The notes under the pieces: generated by a model | Databases searched by the model: none | Told to the model about the DNA's origin: nothing | The model's input: only the letters and a program-made list of their open reading frames with translations | Origin: Armatimonadota bacterium | Lineage (GTDB): Bacteria; Armatimonadota; SYMT01 | Length of the DNA stretch: 64,000 nucleotides | NCBI GenBank assembly: GCA_041690135.1 | Contig: JAWLHY010000003.1 | Coordinates: 224,001-288,000 of the forward strand | Direction: 5' to 3' | Shown here: positions 9,358 to 19,018 of the stretch, piece after piece | Position numbering within the stretch: position 1 is the first letter of the stretch | How the letters are laid out: each line of letters begins with the position of its first letter | Translations under genes and position numbers: made by a program

Positions 9358-9512
9358 GAGAATGCCGGTTAGTGCTCGTCGGGTTGGAGTATAGCCTGGA
9401 ACGTTCCACAATCGCAGGACCCAAGTTCGTTACGAGACGCTTGTTTCAGGGGTTCGCATCCGCCTGGAAATGCTACAGTTCTATGAGCAGATTTTCGGAA
9501 AGGGGTAGGGCC

Positions 9513-10754
9513 ATGGCAAGCGAGGAGATCCAGAACGGCCGGCGACGGGTGCTGCAGTGGCTGGGCGCGGGCACGTTGGGGCTGGGCGCCCGGCAGGGGT
9601 GGGCGCAAGAGAGCGTCGGCGGTCTCCGGGTGGTGACCGGCTTTCCGGGAGGCTCGGCCCGCGTCGAGCGCCTGGACGCGGCGGCGCAGAGCGTTCACCT
9701 CTCCCCCACGCCCTATCCGGACCGCGGCTGGGATTGCTGGTGGTATTGCCGGCTGGAGGGTCTCCGCCCGGGTGAAAAGCTCACGCTGAGCGTCGGCGGG
9801 CATGGGTTTGCGCGGGCAGACCGGGCAATGTTCAGCCCGGACAACCGGAACTGGCGCCACTCCGCGCCCGGCCGCAAGGAAGGCAACCGGATGGTCTACG
9901 AGCTGCAGCCGGAGACCTCGGAGCTGTGGGTCGCCTGGGGGCCTCCTTTCACCCTGGCCGATGCCCGGGCGCTGGTCGGAAAGGCCGCACGCGACTGTCC
10001 CGCGGCCTCAGCGTTCGAGTTGTGCAAGAGCCGGGAAGGGCGATCGGTCCCGGCCCTCCGGGTCTGCGCGGTGGGGCCCAACGAGCCCCGGCGGCTGGGG
10101 ATCTGGGTGCAGGCCCGGCAGCACGCCTGGGAGAGCGGCTCGTCCTACGTCTGCCGTGGCTTAACGGAGTGGCTCGTGTCCGATGATCCCCGGGCCGCGG
10201 ACTTGCGACGGAAGGCGCTGGTCACGATCGTCCCGATCATGGACGTGGATAACGTGGAGCGTGGGGCCGGGGGCAAGAACCAGAAGCCGCAGGACCACAA
10301 CCGCGACTGGAGCGCCGCGCCGCACTGGCCGGAGGTCCGCGCCGCCCAGGCGGAGATCCGCCAACAGGCGGGGACCGGCGGGTTCGACATGTTCGTCGAC
10401 CTCCACAACCCGGCGCCAAACGACCGGGAGCCCGAGTTCTTCCTGACTCCCAAGGAACTGCTGTCGGAGCGGGGCCGCCGGAACCTCGCGCGCTTCCTCT
10501 CCCTGGCGAAGAGCGAGATGACGGGGCCTCTGACTTACCGCGGAAAAATCCGCGAAACCGGCGCCGGCTACGACGCGAACTGGGAGAAGATCAGCAAAAT
10601 CTGGGTGACCCGAAACACGCCGGACCACGTGCTTACCGCCACGCTGGAAACCGCCTGGAACACGCCCCAGAGCACCCCCGCGGCCTACATGCGCCTCGGC
10701 CGGGAGCTGGGCCTGGCGATCGAGAGTTACTTCCGCGAAGATACCCGAAAGTAA
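9513..10754 (+). CDS. M14 zinc carboxypeptidase (cytosolic carboxypeptidase-like) with Tat-like signal
   Basis: ARQHAWES (HxxE), DHNRDW, VDLH motifs; RRRVLQWLGAG leader. Confidence 0.88.
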   Translation: MASEEIQNGRRRVLQWLGAGTLGLGARQGWAQESVGGLRVVTGFPGGSARVERLDAAAQSVHLSPTPYPDRGWDCWWYCRLEGLRPGEKLTLSVGGHGFARADRAMFSPDNRNWRHSAPGRKEGNRMVYELQPETSELWVAWGPPFTLADARALVGKAARDCPAASAFELCKSREGRSVPALRVCAVGPNEPRRLGIWVQARQHAWESGSSYVCRGLTEWLVSDDPRAADLRRKALVTIVPIMDVDNVERGAGGKNQKPQDHNRDWSAAPHWPEVRAAQAEIRQQAGTGGFDMFVDLHNPAPNDREPEFFLTPKELLSERGRRNLARFLSLAKSEMTGPLTYRGKIRETGAGYDANWEKISKIWVTRNTPDHVLTATLETAWNTPQSTPAAYMRLGRELGLAIESYFREDTRK

Positions 10755-10760
10755 AGAGCC

Positions 10761-11456
10761 ATGCCGGATTTCGACCGCATCACGCACCTTACTTTCGACT
10801 GCTACGGGACCCTGATCGATTGGGAAGCCGGGATCCTGGAAGCCGTGCGCCCGGTGCTGGAACGGCACGGAGTCGCCGCCGCGAATGAGGAGATTCTCCG
10901 GGCCTATGTCCGCCTGGAAGCGGAATTGGAAGCGGGCCCCTATCGGCCTTACCGGGAGATCCTGCGGGGCGTGTTGACCGGAATGGGGCCTGTCTTCGGG
11001 TTCTCCCCCACGGAGGCGGACCGGGAGGCTCTGCCCGGTTCCATCGGGCAGTGGCCGCCCTTCCCGGACACGGTGGAGGCGCTCCGGCGACTGAAGCAAC
11101 GGTACGCGCTCGTCATCCTCTCCAACATCGACGACGCGCTGTTCGCCCGCACGGCCCCGCACCTGGGCGTGGAGTTCGATGCGGTCATCACGGCGCAGCA
11201 GGTCGGCAGCTACAAGCCCGCCCCGGCGAACTTCCGGGCGGCCCTGGAGCGGCTGGCCGTGCCCCGGGAGCAGGTGCTCCACGTGGCCCAAAGCCTGTAT
11301 CACGACCACGTCCCCGCCAAAGCCCTGGGTCTCCGCACGGTATGGGTGAACCGTCCCAGCCGTTTAACAGGTACCGGCGTGGCGCCACCGGCCGACGTGC
11401 AGCCGGACCTGGAAGTGCCGAACCTGCAGTCTCTGGTGAGGCTGATGGGACTATAG
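10761..11456 (+). CDS. Haloacid dehalogenase type II-like HAD hydrolase
   Basis: FDCYGTLIDWE, LSNID, YKP and HVAQSLYHD motifs. Confidence 0.93.
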   Translation: MPDFDRITHLTFDCYGTLIDWEAGILEAVRPVLERHGVAAANEEILRAYVRLEAELEAGPYRPYREILRGVLTGMGPVFGFSPTEADREALPGSIGQWPPFPDTVEALRRLKQRYALVILSNIDDALFARTAPHLGVEFDAVITAQQVGSYKPAPANFRAALERLAVPREQVLHVAQSLYHDHVPAKALGLRTVWVNRPSRLTGTGVAPPADVQPDLEVPNLQSLVRLMGL

Positions 11457-11489
11457 CCACGACATGCACCGGGGCTTGTGCACTCTCTG

Positions 11490-11571
11490 CCGCCCCTCCA
11501 GGGCTTGGAGCTATTCGCCGCAATTCCGGGGGCTCACGCCCCCGGCTAGTCTCTTACACCCCTCCGGGGCT
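11490..11571 (+). repeat. REP-like CGCCCCTCCGGGGC array
   Basis: cgcccctccagggct ... ccgggggctcacgcccccgg ... cacccctccggggct. Confidence 0.6.
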
Positions 11572-11646
11572 CCAGGTGTTGCTGGTCCCTCGCGTCGCGG
11601 CAGCCCTTCTAGCCTTTATGGATGCTGTTGGGAAATTCGATCACGG

Positions 11647-11765
11647 GCAGTGCAACTGCGGAAGCCTGTGGTTTCGCAGTTGCTGCGGATCACCCAGATC
11701 GCGACTGTCGGCCCCAGTTCGGGAGCGGCGCAGTGCAACTGCGCACGAGACGCTTCCCTCCAGTG
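11647..11765. repeat. GCAGTGCAACTGC palindrome family element
   Basis: Hairpin at 11652-11683 plus gcgcagtgcaactgcgcacga at 11728-11748, the exact reverse complement of 59249-59269. Confidence 0.7.
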
Positions 11766-11934
11766 CCTTTCCTCCCATGCCTTTGCATCAGTGCCCTTCC
11801 TTCCGCGTTCTTCCGTGTGTTCCGCGGGCATATCTCCCCTTCCGGCGGTCTTAACACTTTCTTCATCCTGTCAGCGTCTACTCCACACAGAAGGGCGGCC
11901 GTGAGGTCGGGTCGGTCTTCGCAGAGGGGGAGAG

Positions 11935-13179
11935 ATGTTAGCAGTCAGTCCGAAGGTGCTCCAGGTGGCCGCCGCGGGTTTGCTCCTGGGCGGGGCCGTG
12001 ACGGCGCAGACGCTGTCGCAGAAGCCGGTCGTGCTCGAGAGTTCGAACCCGGCCCAGATCCGCGAGCTGGCGCTGCGGGTAGAGACCCAGCAGAGCCTCG
12101 CCGGAGCCGGCCCGCTCACCGCGCCCGAGGGATCTTTTGCGGAGACCCCGAGGCCCGTGGTTCCTCCCCCTTCCCGGCTGGAGAAGCCCGTCGCCGTGGC
12201 ACGGAGGCCCGCGCCGTCGCCCCCACAGGCGCTCACCCGACCGGCGCCGGTGCGCGAGGAGAAACCGGTCACGGCCCCGGCCCCGCCGCCCCCGCCGGTA
12301 GACCCGATCCGGAATGTGGCATTGATGGGTGTCACGCACGCCAATGGGGAGGACTCCGCCTGGCTGGTGGACTTGAGCGACCAGGAACGAGAGATCGTGA
12401 ACGTCGGCGACCGGGCCTTCGGGTTCACCATCAAAGCCATCGAACCGGAGAGTGTGGTACTGACGCGGAACGGTGACGATTTCGAGCTGCGACTGGGTCA
12501 GAAGCAGATCGCGAGCGCCTCGAACGGTGGCGGCGCTACCTACGCTGCGGCCAGTGGGGAGGGGGGTGAAGGCCCTGGCGGTGCTGGCGGTGAGGGTCGG
12601 CGGGGGCGCGGCGGCTTTCCCGGCTTCGGCGGTCCCGGCGGGGAGGGTTTCGGTGGGCGGTTCTCCCGCTCCGGCGGGGGGTTCAGCGGCTTCGGTGGCC
12701 GCGGCTCGCGCTCGGGGGGAGACCGGGGCTCCCGGTACTCCAGCTCAAGCTCGGGCAGCTACGGCAGTAGCGGTTCCGACTCCTCGCGCAGCAGCCGGTA
12801 CAGCTCCGATAGCTCCCGTTCGGGCCGCTACGGTGGCTCCTCCGGGGGTTATAGTCGCAGCTCCTCGGGTGGTTTCGGGCGCGGTTCCAGTTTTGGCGGA
12901 TCCGGGTTGGGTGGCTTCGCGGGGAACAATGGGGGAGGCAATAACAGCCAGTTCTCCAGCAGTGGCGCCGTCAGCTCGACTTCGAATCCGCAGACCGCCC
13001 GCCGTCGGGGAGCGCGCCTGAGCACGGGAAGCGATCCCATCGAGACTCCAGCCCCGATCTCCAATCCGCAGACCACCCGACGCATGGGTTCCGCCGGCAG
13101 CGCGGGGGCCGCCTTCGGACAGGACTCCGGCACGGTCGGCAGCCTGCGGTCGACTAACGGCGGGCGACAGGGGCGGTAA
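11935..13179 (+). CDS. Exported protein with a GspC/PilP-like beta domain and a Gly/Ser/Arg-rich low-complexity tail
   Basis: Signal peptide; Pro-rich linker; ALMGV...AWLVD...VNVGD..FGFTIKAIEPESVVL; GGF/SSGGY-rich C-terminus. Confidence 0.7.
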   Translation: MLAVSPKVLQVAAAGLLLGGAVTAQTLSQKPVVLESSNPAQIRELALRVETQQSLAGAGPLTAPEGSFAETPRPVVPPPSRLEKPVAVARRPAPSPPQALTRPAPVREEKPVTAPAPPPPPVDPIRNVALMGVTHANGEDSAWLVDLSDQEREIVNVGDRAFGFTIKAIEPESVVLTRNGDDFELRLGQKQIASASNGGGATYAAASGEGGEGPGGAGGEGRRGRGGFPGFGGPGGEGFGGRFSRSGGGFSGFGGRGSRSGGDRGSRYSSSSSGSYGSSGSDSSRSSRYSSDSSRSGRYGGSSGGYSRSSSGGFGRGSSFGGSGLGGFAGNNGGGNNSQFSSSGAVSSTSNPQTARRRGARLSTGSDPIETPAPISNPQTTRRMGSAGSAGAAFGQDSGTVGSLRSTNGGRQGR

Positions 13180-13196
13180 GAACTCCCTCGGCCGTC

Positions 13197-15776
13197 TCAA
13201 CGCCGGCCACAGCAGCGTTCGATTTCGGCGAGAAGACGAGGAACATCGAGCGGCTTCGCGAGGGAGAGGGCCGTCCGGAGATAACCGGCGGCGGGGGCGG
13301 GGTCCTGCGCGCCGGACACGATGACGACCGGAATATCGGCCAGGGCCGGGTCCCTCTCCTGCTCCGCGCGGAACACCCAGCCGTTCATTCCCGGCATCAC
13401 CAGGTCCAGGAGGATCAGGTCCGGGCGATGCCCCTGGCGCAGGTATTCCAGACCCTGGCGCCCTCCGGAGGCCGTAGTCACCTGGTAACCCTCCGCCTCA
13501 AGGACTTCCGCCAGGCTCTCCCGGGCCGCGGGATCGTCGTCCACGATCAAAATGCGGCATGGCCTGGCGCGCCAGGGCCCGGCGTCGAGCACGGCACGGA
13601 CCTTGGCCGCGAGCTCGTCGGGGGTAAACGGCTTCTGAATGAAATGGGTGGAAGGCCCTTCCACGCCGCCGCGGACCACGGCATCGTCGGTGTAGCCGCT
13701 CATATAGAGAACACTCAGGTCGGGCAGCCATTCGGTTAGCTTCTCAGCGAGCGCCCGGCCGTTCAAGCTCCCCGGCATTACCACATCCGTCAGCAGCAAG
13801 TGAATCGTCCCGGCGTACTCCCCGGCGATACGCAAGGCCTCATCGCCGTCTCGCGCCAGGAGCACCTGGTATCCGTAACTCTCCAGCACGCTGTGGACCA
13901 GCCGGCGGACGAGGTCCTCATCTTCCACCAGCAGCACGGTCTCCGTCCCACCCGCCGGCGTGGGCGCCTTTACATCCCGGTTTTCCGGCACGCCGGCCGC
14001 TCGGGGCAGAAAGATATCGAAAGTGGTGCCTACGCCCGGCTCGCTTTCCACATGGATGTGGCCGCCCGCTTGCTGGACGATGCCGAAGACGGTCGCCAAC
14101 CCCAGGCCTGTTCCCAGGCCCGCCGGCTTGGTGGTGAAGAACGGTTCGAAGATATGCTCGCGCGTCTCCACGTCCATGCCGCAGCCAGTATCGGTGACCG
14201 ACAGCCGGACGTACCGGCCGGGCTCCAGGTCCGAGAAACCTCGAGCCGGGCTCTCCGTCCACTCCACGTTTCGTACCCCGAGCGAGAGGGTGCCGCCGTG
14301 GGGCATGGCATCGCGACTGTTCACCGCCAGGTTCAGGAGAAGTTGCTCCACCTGGGTAGGGTCGACGTGAACGTAAGTGGGCAGTGTGTCGAGCTCCGTC
14401 CGCAGGCGAATGTCCTCCCCGATGAGGCGGCCCAGCATCCTCTGGAGGTCGCCCACGATCTCGCGAAGGTCAACGACCCGCGGGTCCAGCACCTGCTTGC
14501 GGCTGAACGCGAGTAGCTGGCGCGTGAGGTTGGCGGCGCGCTCACCCGCGCGGGAAATCTCGCGGAGGGGCCCCCGGAGAGGGCTCTCCTCGGGCAGGCT
14601 CGACAGCAGCATTTCGCTGTAGCCGGTGATAACCCCCAGCATGTTGTTGAAGTCGTGCGCCACGCCCCCAGCCAGGCGTCCGACCGCCTCCATCTTCTGG
14701 GCCTGACGGAACTGCTCTTCCAGTTCCCGGGCTTCCGTCACATCGCGGGTCACCGTCAGTACGCGGGAGATCGTACCGTCCGGCTCGGGAAACGGCGCCG
14801 CGTGCGTTTCGAGGGTGAGCCGCCGCCCCTTCAGGGTGATCACGTCGACGTTGAACGCGCGGGTCTCACCCCGGAACACGGCATTCAAGATCTCCCGCAC
14901 TCGGACGCGGTGCTCCGTCGCGATGAGGTCGAAGACACAGCGCCCCAGTACGTCGGCGGCATCTTCGGCGTCCAGCATCTCCAGTCCGGCGCGATTGGAG
15001 CGGAGCACCGTGCCGTCCGTCGCGATCAGCTTCAGGCAAGCTGGTTCCGTCTCCAGGATAGTCCGCAGTTCCGTCTCACTGCGGCGGAGATCACTGACAT
15101 CGGTCCGGTATTGCCGCTCCCGGTCTTCGAGCTGTCGCCGAACCCGCTCGCGCTCATACACCCGCCCCAACTGAACGCCAAGGTGGGTCAGTACGTCCAA
15201 CACGCGCGCGTCCGGCTCGACCCGCTCGGAAGTCAGGAACTCCAGAACGGCGACCACTTCCGCCCCCACCAGTACCGGAAATCCGGCTCCGGTACGCAAA
15301 CCCGCCACGCGCCCGCTTTCGCGCCGAGGGCTCTCCGGGGCATGGATGAGGTCGGAAAGCCAGACGGCCTCGCACCGGGAGCATACCTGTCCCGGGAGAT
15401 CCTCACCCGGCGCGAAAAGTCCGGGTTCCGAGGCCTGAAGGAACGAGCGATAGCGGTCGCCCTCTTCCGCGCAGTAGTGTGAGGCAAGCACCAGCCGAGC
15501 CGCCTCCGGAGAGGGCTCCACCCGGTAGGCCAGCCCGAGGGGCCACTCCAGCGTCTGGCCGACGAGCGAAAGAGTTACCGCCAATGCGCGCTCCGGGTCC
15601 TCTTCCTGGGTCGCAAGATCGACGATCCGCCGGGTGAGGTCCCGCAGCCTATCGCGCAGGCGCACGCCAGCGTCTCCATGGGAGGGCGAACCCCCCGCCG
15701 CTCCTGGCGTTCCGTCCATCCCTTCTGCGGGCGGTAGACCGGTCCCGTCTCCACCCATTGCCTTCGGCCGAACCAT
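13197..15776 (-). CDS. Hybrid sensor histidine kinase (GAF-PAS-HisKA-HATPase-REC-REC)
   Basis: QKMEAVGRLAGGVAHDFNN, FEPFFTTK..GLGTGLGL, two receiver domains (LLVEDE / ILIVDDD). Confidence 0.95.
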   Translation of the reverse strand: MVRPKAMGGDGTGLPPAEGMDGTPGAAGGSPSHGDAGVRLRDRLRDLTRRIVDLATQEEDPERALAVTLSLVGQTLEWPLGLAYRVEPSPEAARLVLASHYCAEEGDRYRSFLQASEPGLFAPGEDLPGQVCSRCEAVWLSDLIHAPESPRRESGRVAGLRTGAGFPVLVGAEVVAVLEFLTSERVEPDARVLDVLTHLGVQLGRVYERERVRRQLEDRERQYRTDVSDLRRSETELRTILETEPACLKLIATDGTVLRSNRAGLEMLDAEDAADVLGRCVFDLIATEHRVRVREILNAVFRGETRAFNVDVITLKGRRLTLETHAAPFPEPDGTISRVLTVTRDVTEARELEEQFRQAQKMEAVGRLAGGVAHDFNNMLGVITGYSEMLLSSLPEESPLRGPLREISRAGERAANLTRQLLAFSRKQVLDPRVVDLREIVGDLQRMLGRLIGEDIRLRTELDTLPTYVHVDPTQVEQLLLNLAVNSRDAMPHGGTLSLGVRNVEWTESPARGFSDLEPGRYVRLSVTDTGCGMDVETREHIFEPFFTTKPAGLGTGLGLATVFGIVQQAGGHIHVESEPGVGTTFDIFLPRAAGVPENRDVKAPTPAGGTETVLLVEDEDLVRRLVHSVLESYGYQVLLARDGDEALRIAGEYAGTIHLLLTDVVMPGSLNGRALAEKLTEWLPDLSVLYMSGYTDDAVVRGGVEGPSTHFIQKPFTPDELAAKVRAVLDAGPWRARPCRILIVDDDPAARESLAEVLEAEGYQVTTASGGRQGLEYLRQGHRPDLILLDLVMPGMNGWVFRAEQERDPALADIPVVIVSGAQDPAPAAGYLRTALSLAKPLDVPRLLAEIERCCGRR

Positions 15777-16056
15777 AACGTTCCCCCGGTAACCCGCTTC
15801 AGGTACGGATAGCCGGCTTGAAGTTGATTAATGCCACTGTTTACCCACGCCGGATGCAGGGCCTAACCGGGAGTATGGCGGGCAAGCGCGCCGGAGACTC
15901 ATCCTTTGGTTGACATGGTTCCTGGCTACAGAACGGCTTCTCTCCTGGCAACCGTGCATGCTCCCCGTCTCCAGGGGGAAACGCGTCCGCAACGTCGTAT
16001 AACCTAGGAGGCTCCCTCGTCCGGGATGCCGGTGGAGTTACCGGTGGAGTTAAAGG

Positions 16057-16749
16057 ATGAACCGGTCCCTGTTGTTGGAATCGGCGGAATTGCGCGGGGG
16101 TGCCACCCGCGAGGAAATCGACCAGGCGGAGACGGAGTTGGGATTGACGCTCCCCTCGGAGTATCGCGCATTGCTCGCGGAATCCAACGGTCTCCGTCCC
16201 CAGGGCGGTCATACGGACCGCTACGACCTGGCGTTGTTCGCCGCGGCGGAACTGGCCGAGATGAACACGGCCTACGAGGTGCCGGACTACCTGCCCGGCC
16301 ACCTGCTGATCGGGCTGGATGGCGGAGGACGCGGTATCTTCCTGGACACGGCGGCGGAACCGAGCCCCGTCTACCTCTGTGAAATGGGCGCGCTTTTCCC
16401 GGACGATCTGCGCCGGCTGGCGGATAGCCTGGAGGCTTGGATGCGGACCGGCTGGGATCTGGGTGATCCGGAACCTACCCGGCACCCGGAGCGGATCGAC
16501 ATTTACCTGCTCCGCCCGCCGGCCGCCGGGATGAAGGCGCTGGTCCGCATCCTCAAGCTCCTGGACCAGAACGTTTCCATGAGCGAGTACCGGAAGATCC
16601 TGGCGAGCACGCCTTACCGCCTGGTACGGAACGTGACGTACATGCCCTACAGCTGGCGCTGCGCCGAATTCAACCAGGAAGATCCCTGCCTGGGCGCCTT
16701 TGAAGTGGACCGGCCGGACTGTCCCGTAGCCATCGGCCGCCGCGGGTGA
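16057..16749 (+). CDS. SMI1/KNR4 (SUKH) family protein
   Basis: GATREEIDQAETELGLTLPSEYRALLAESNG and IGLDGGG motifs. Confidence 0.88.
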   Translation: MNRSLLLESAELRGGATREEIDQAETELGLTLPSEYRALLAESNGLRPQGGHTDRYDLALFAAAELAEMNTAYEVPDYLPGHLLIGLDGGGRGIFLDTAAEPSPVYLCEMGALFPDDLRRLADSLEAWMRTGWDLGDPEPTRHPERIDIYLLRPPAAGMKALVRILKLLDQNVSMSEYRKILASTPYRLVRNVTYMPYSWRCAEFNQEDPCLGAFEVDRPDCPVAIGRRG

Positions 16750-16958
16750 TGATGGGCCAGTGATCATGCAAATTCCCATTTGCCCGGCAAATGGGACGGG
16801 CTCTGTTCTTGCACCTGTAGAAGTAGGGCGGGATCTCCCCTACGGGCAAGCTGTCCCCGCCGGGCCTTGGGTTAGCCCCCGTCGTGCAGTGTGGGGCGCC
16901 GCTCACCTGCCGGAGTTCATGGAACTGCTCGGTTACTCCGGCTCCCCTCGGAGGAACC

Positions 16959-17369
16959 TCAAGCCTCGACTTCGCCGATCTCGGCGTAGAGCCGCCGCGC
17001 CTGTTGCTGCCACCAGCAACGCGCGGCCCGGCCAACGGCTATCAGCACCGCGCCGAGGGGGAGGGTCCCCGCCGCGACACAGGCTCCGCCGACCCCGGTG
17101 ACGCCAGCAACAAGCACCCAGGGGCCGACGAGCCAGCCAAGGAGGATCGCCCCCACCCCCGACCAGAAGAACCAGATCAGGCCGGTCCAACCGATCTGAA
17201 CGAGCGTCCTCCCGTGACCTTCCAGCTCGCAGGCGGAGGCGATCCGGCGCCGCACCCAAATGCGCCGGTTTTCTCGCCAGAGGCGATCCCGCGCCAGTGC
17301 GGCCGCGAGGCGCTCGCCATGGTTCACGACCGGTTTCGTGTCTGAGTTCTGATACGCTTCCAACATCAT
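16959..17369 (-). CDS. Hypothetical membrane protein
   Basis: 136 aa with 2-3 hydrophobic segments; ATG start. Confidence 0.55.
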   Translation of the reverse strand: MMLEAYQNSDTKPVVNHGERLAAALARDRLWRENRRIWVRRRIASACELEGHGRTLVQIGWTGLIWFFWSGVGAILLGWLVGPWVLVAGVTGVGGACVAAGTLPLGAVLIAVGRAARCWWQQQARRLYAEIGEVEA

Positions 17370-17491
17370 CCGCCAGGGGCGTGCGAGACGCCCGCCCCAC
17401 CCCTACCTTACCGGCTACCGTGGCGGGCGAGAGGCCTGTGTCTCCAGCCACCGACCCCTTATCCCCAACCCCGACCCCGCCCGAAGGGCCG

Positions 17492-18010
17492 CTATTCCCC
17501 CCGGCTGGGATCGCGCACGGGGGCGTCGCTGCGGCGGGCGCTGGCGAGGAGCCAGCGGCGGGCCGAGGCGGCGGTGGTCTCCGTGATCCAGCCAAAAGCG
17601 AACAGCGCCAGGCCGGCGAACAGCAGCAGATGCCCTGCGACGGCAAGGTACTCCGTCCAGTTTCCCGTGGCGAACAGGGGCAGCAGCAGGGCCATGGAAC
17701 TCCCTCCGACTCCCGCCAGCATCCCTAGCGCGCCCAGGCGGAAGCGCCGGTGCCCGGAGTTCTCCCAGTTCCAGGTCGTATCGATCCACTGCTGCATGGT
17801 GCGCGTGCGGTCCCGGCGCCACTTCCCATCGCGGCGGCGGGCGACTTCCAGTTGCGCGGCCCGCGAGCCCTGCTCCGCAGCGGAGGGCACGCCGGTGCGG
17901 GCTTTCTCCGGCGGTAGGATGTTGCCGGCGTCCCACAACCGGTCATACTGCTCGCGGTTCCGAGTACGCGTCTTACGGCTTTCCGCTCGGTAAAAGTATC
18001 GGGCTGGCAA
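17492..18010 (-). CDS. Hypothetical membrane protein
   Basis: Two TM segments near the C-terminus; start uncertain. Confidence 0.5.
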   Translation of the reverse strand: MPARYFYRAESRKTRTRNREQYDRLWDAGNILPPEKARTGVPSAAEQGSRAAQLEVARRRDGKWRRDRTRTMQQWIDTTWNWENSGHRRFRLGALGMLAGVGGSSMALLLPLFATGNWTEYLAVAGHLLLFAGLALFAFGWITETTAASARRWLLASARRSDAPVRDPSRGE

Positions 18011-18109
18011 GGCGGGTTCCTCGCGGCTCTAACTCATCCTCTGAATCTATAGATGTCCGGAACCTACCTCCGGCAAAGGGTTTTCTCGGAGCCAAGGGGA
18101 TTCTGTCCT

Positions 18110-18775
18110 TTACTGCTCCTGCCACTCCAGGAGCCGGCGGTAGGCATAATCCGCATCCACCCGGAGCCACTCGCCCGCGGCGGCCTCCTGGGCGCCCAGC
18201 CAATCCCCCAGTGCCGTTTCCAGTTGCTGGAGACCCGCTTCCCAGCCGATGCCCAGCCGCTGTACTTCGCCGTCGTCGGCGAGCATGGTGAGCATCACGG
18301 TCTTTTCGCCGGTTTCGGAGGTTTCTTGACCCTCATAGTAAAGGCCGGCCACCGGTGTTTCCCCCATCTGGTTCGCCACCAGAACTTTCACGATCTCAAA
18401 GATCCGATCGTCCCATCCGTCTTCGAACAGGAGCACCTTCTCGATGAGATCGTTGGGGTTGGCGACGGTGCGCAGCCGGTATTTCGTACCGGCCTGCTCG
18501 AACAACTCCGCCGTTACCTGGCCCAGTTCACCCGGTTCGGCCCCTTCCGTCTGGACCCAGACCATGAACTGCCGCTCCATATCATGGTAGAGCAGGCCTG
18601 TGTCTACGGGGGCTTGCGTGCCGCATTCCTCGCAGTGGAACAGGTTCAGGGAGCCGCTCAATACCCGGTCCCGGAGTTCCGGGTCGAGCGTGACGTTCAC
18701 CGAACGCCAGGCCTGGAACTGCTGGGGATGCGAGCATTGGGGGCAGGTGATGTCGAGGGTGATCGGAAGGCTCAT
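18110..18775 (-). CDS. CpXC domain-containing protein
   Basis: ITCPQC...SVNVTLDPELRDRVLSGSLNLFHCEECG...LLYHD; AGGAG RBS. Confidence 0.9.
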   Translation of the reverse strand: MSLPITLDITCPQCSHPQQFQAWRSVNVTLDPELRDRVLSGSLNLFHCEECGTQAPVDTGLLYHDMERQFMVWVQTEGAEPGELGQVTAELFEQAGTKYRLRTVANPNDLIEKVLLFEDGWDDRIFEIVKVLVANQMGETPVAGLYYEGQETSETGEKTVMLTMLADDGEVQRLGIGWEAGLQQLETALGDWLGAQEAAAGEWLRVDADYAYRRLLEWQEQ

Positions 18776-19018
18776 GCTTTCTCCTGTGCGGGGCGCCGGT
18801 ATCCTCTACCAGTTGGCGGTTCGCCGGCCGAACCCTCTTTGGTAGAACCCCTCCCAGCCGTTCTGCGTCTGCGTCCTTGCCGCAGGCGGTCTCCGGCCCG
18901 AGTGCCACTTCCCAGCCTATCCTCAGGGAAGCCCAGCCGAAACCCCTTTCCGGAACAAGGCTTCCCGGCCGGACGCGGCGAACTCCCACTTATTGCAGTT
19001 GTCGATGGAGACCGAGCT

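Noticed and set aside
18053-19018. N-terminal extension making a 959 aa sulfatase
   Set aside because: It overlaps the CpXC gene antisense; the signal peptide and RBS point to a start at 19019.
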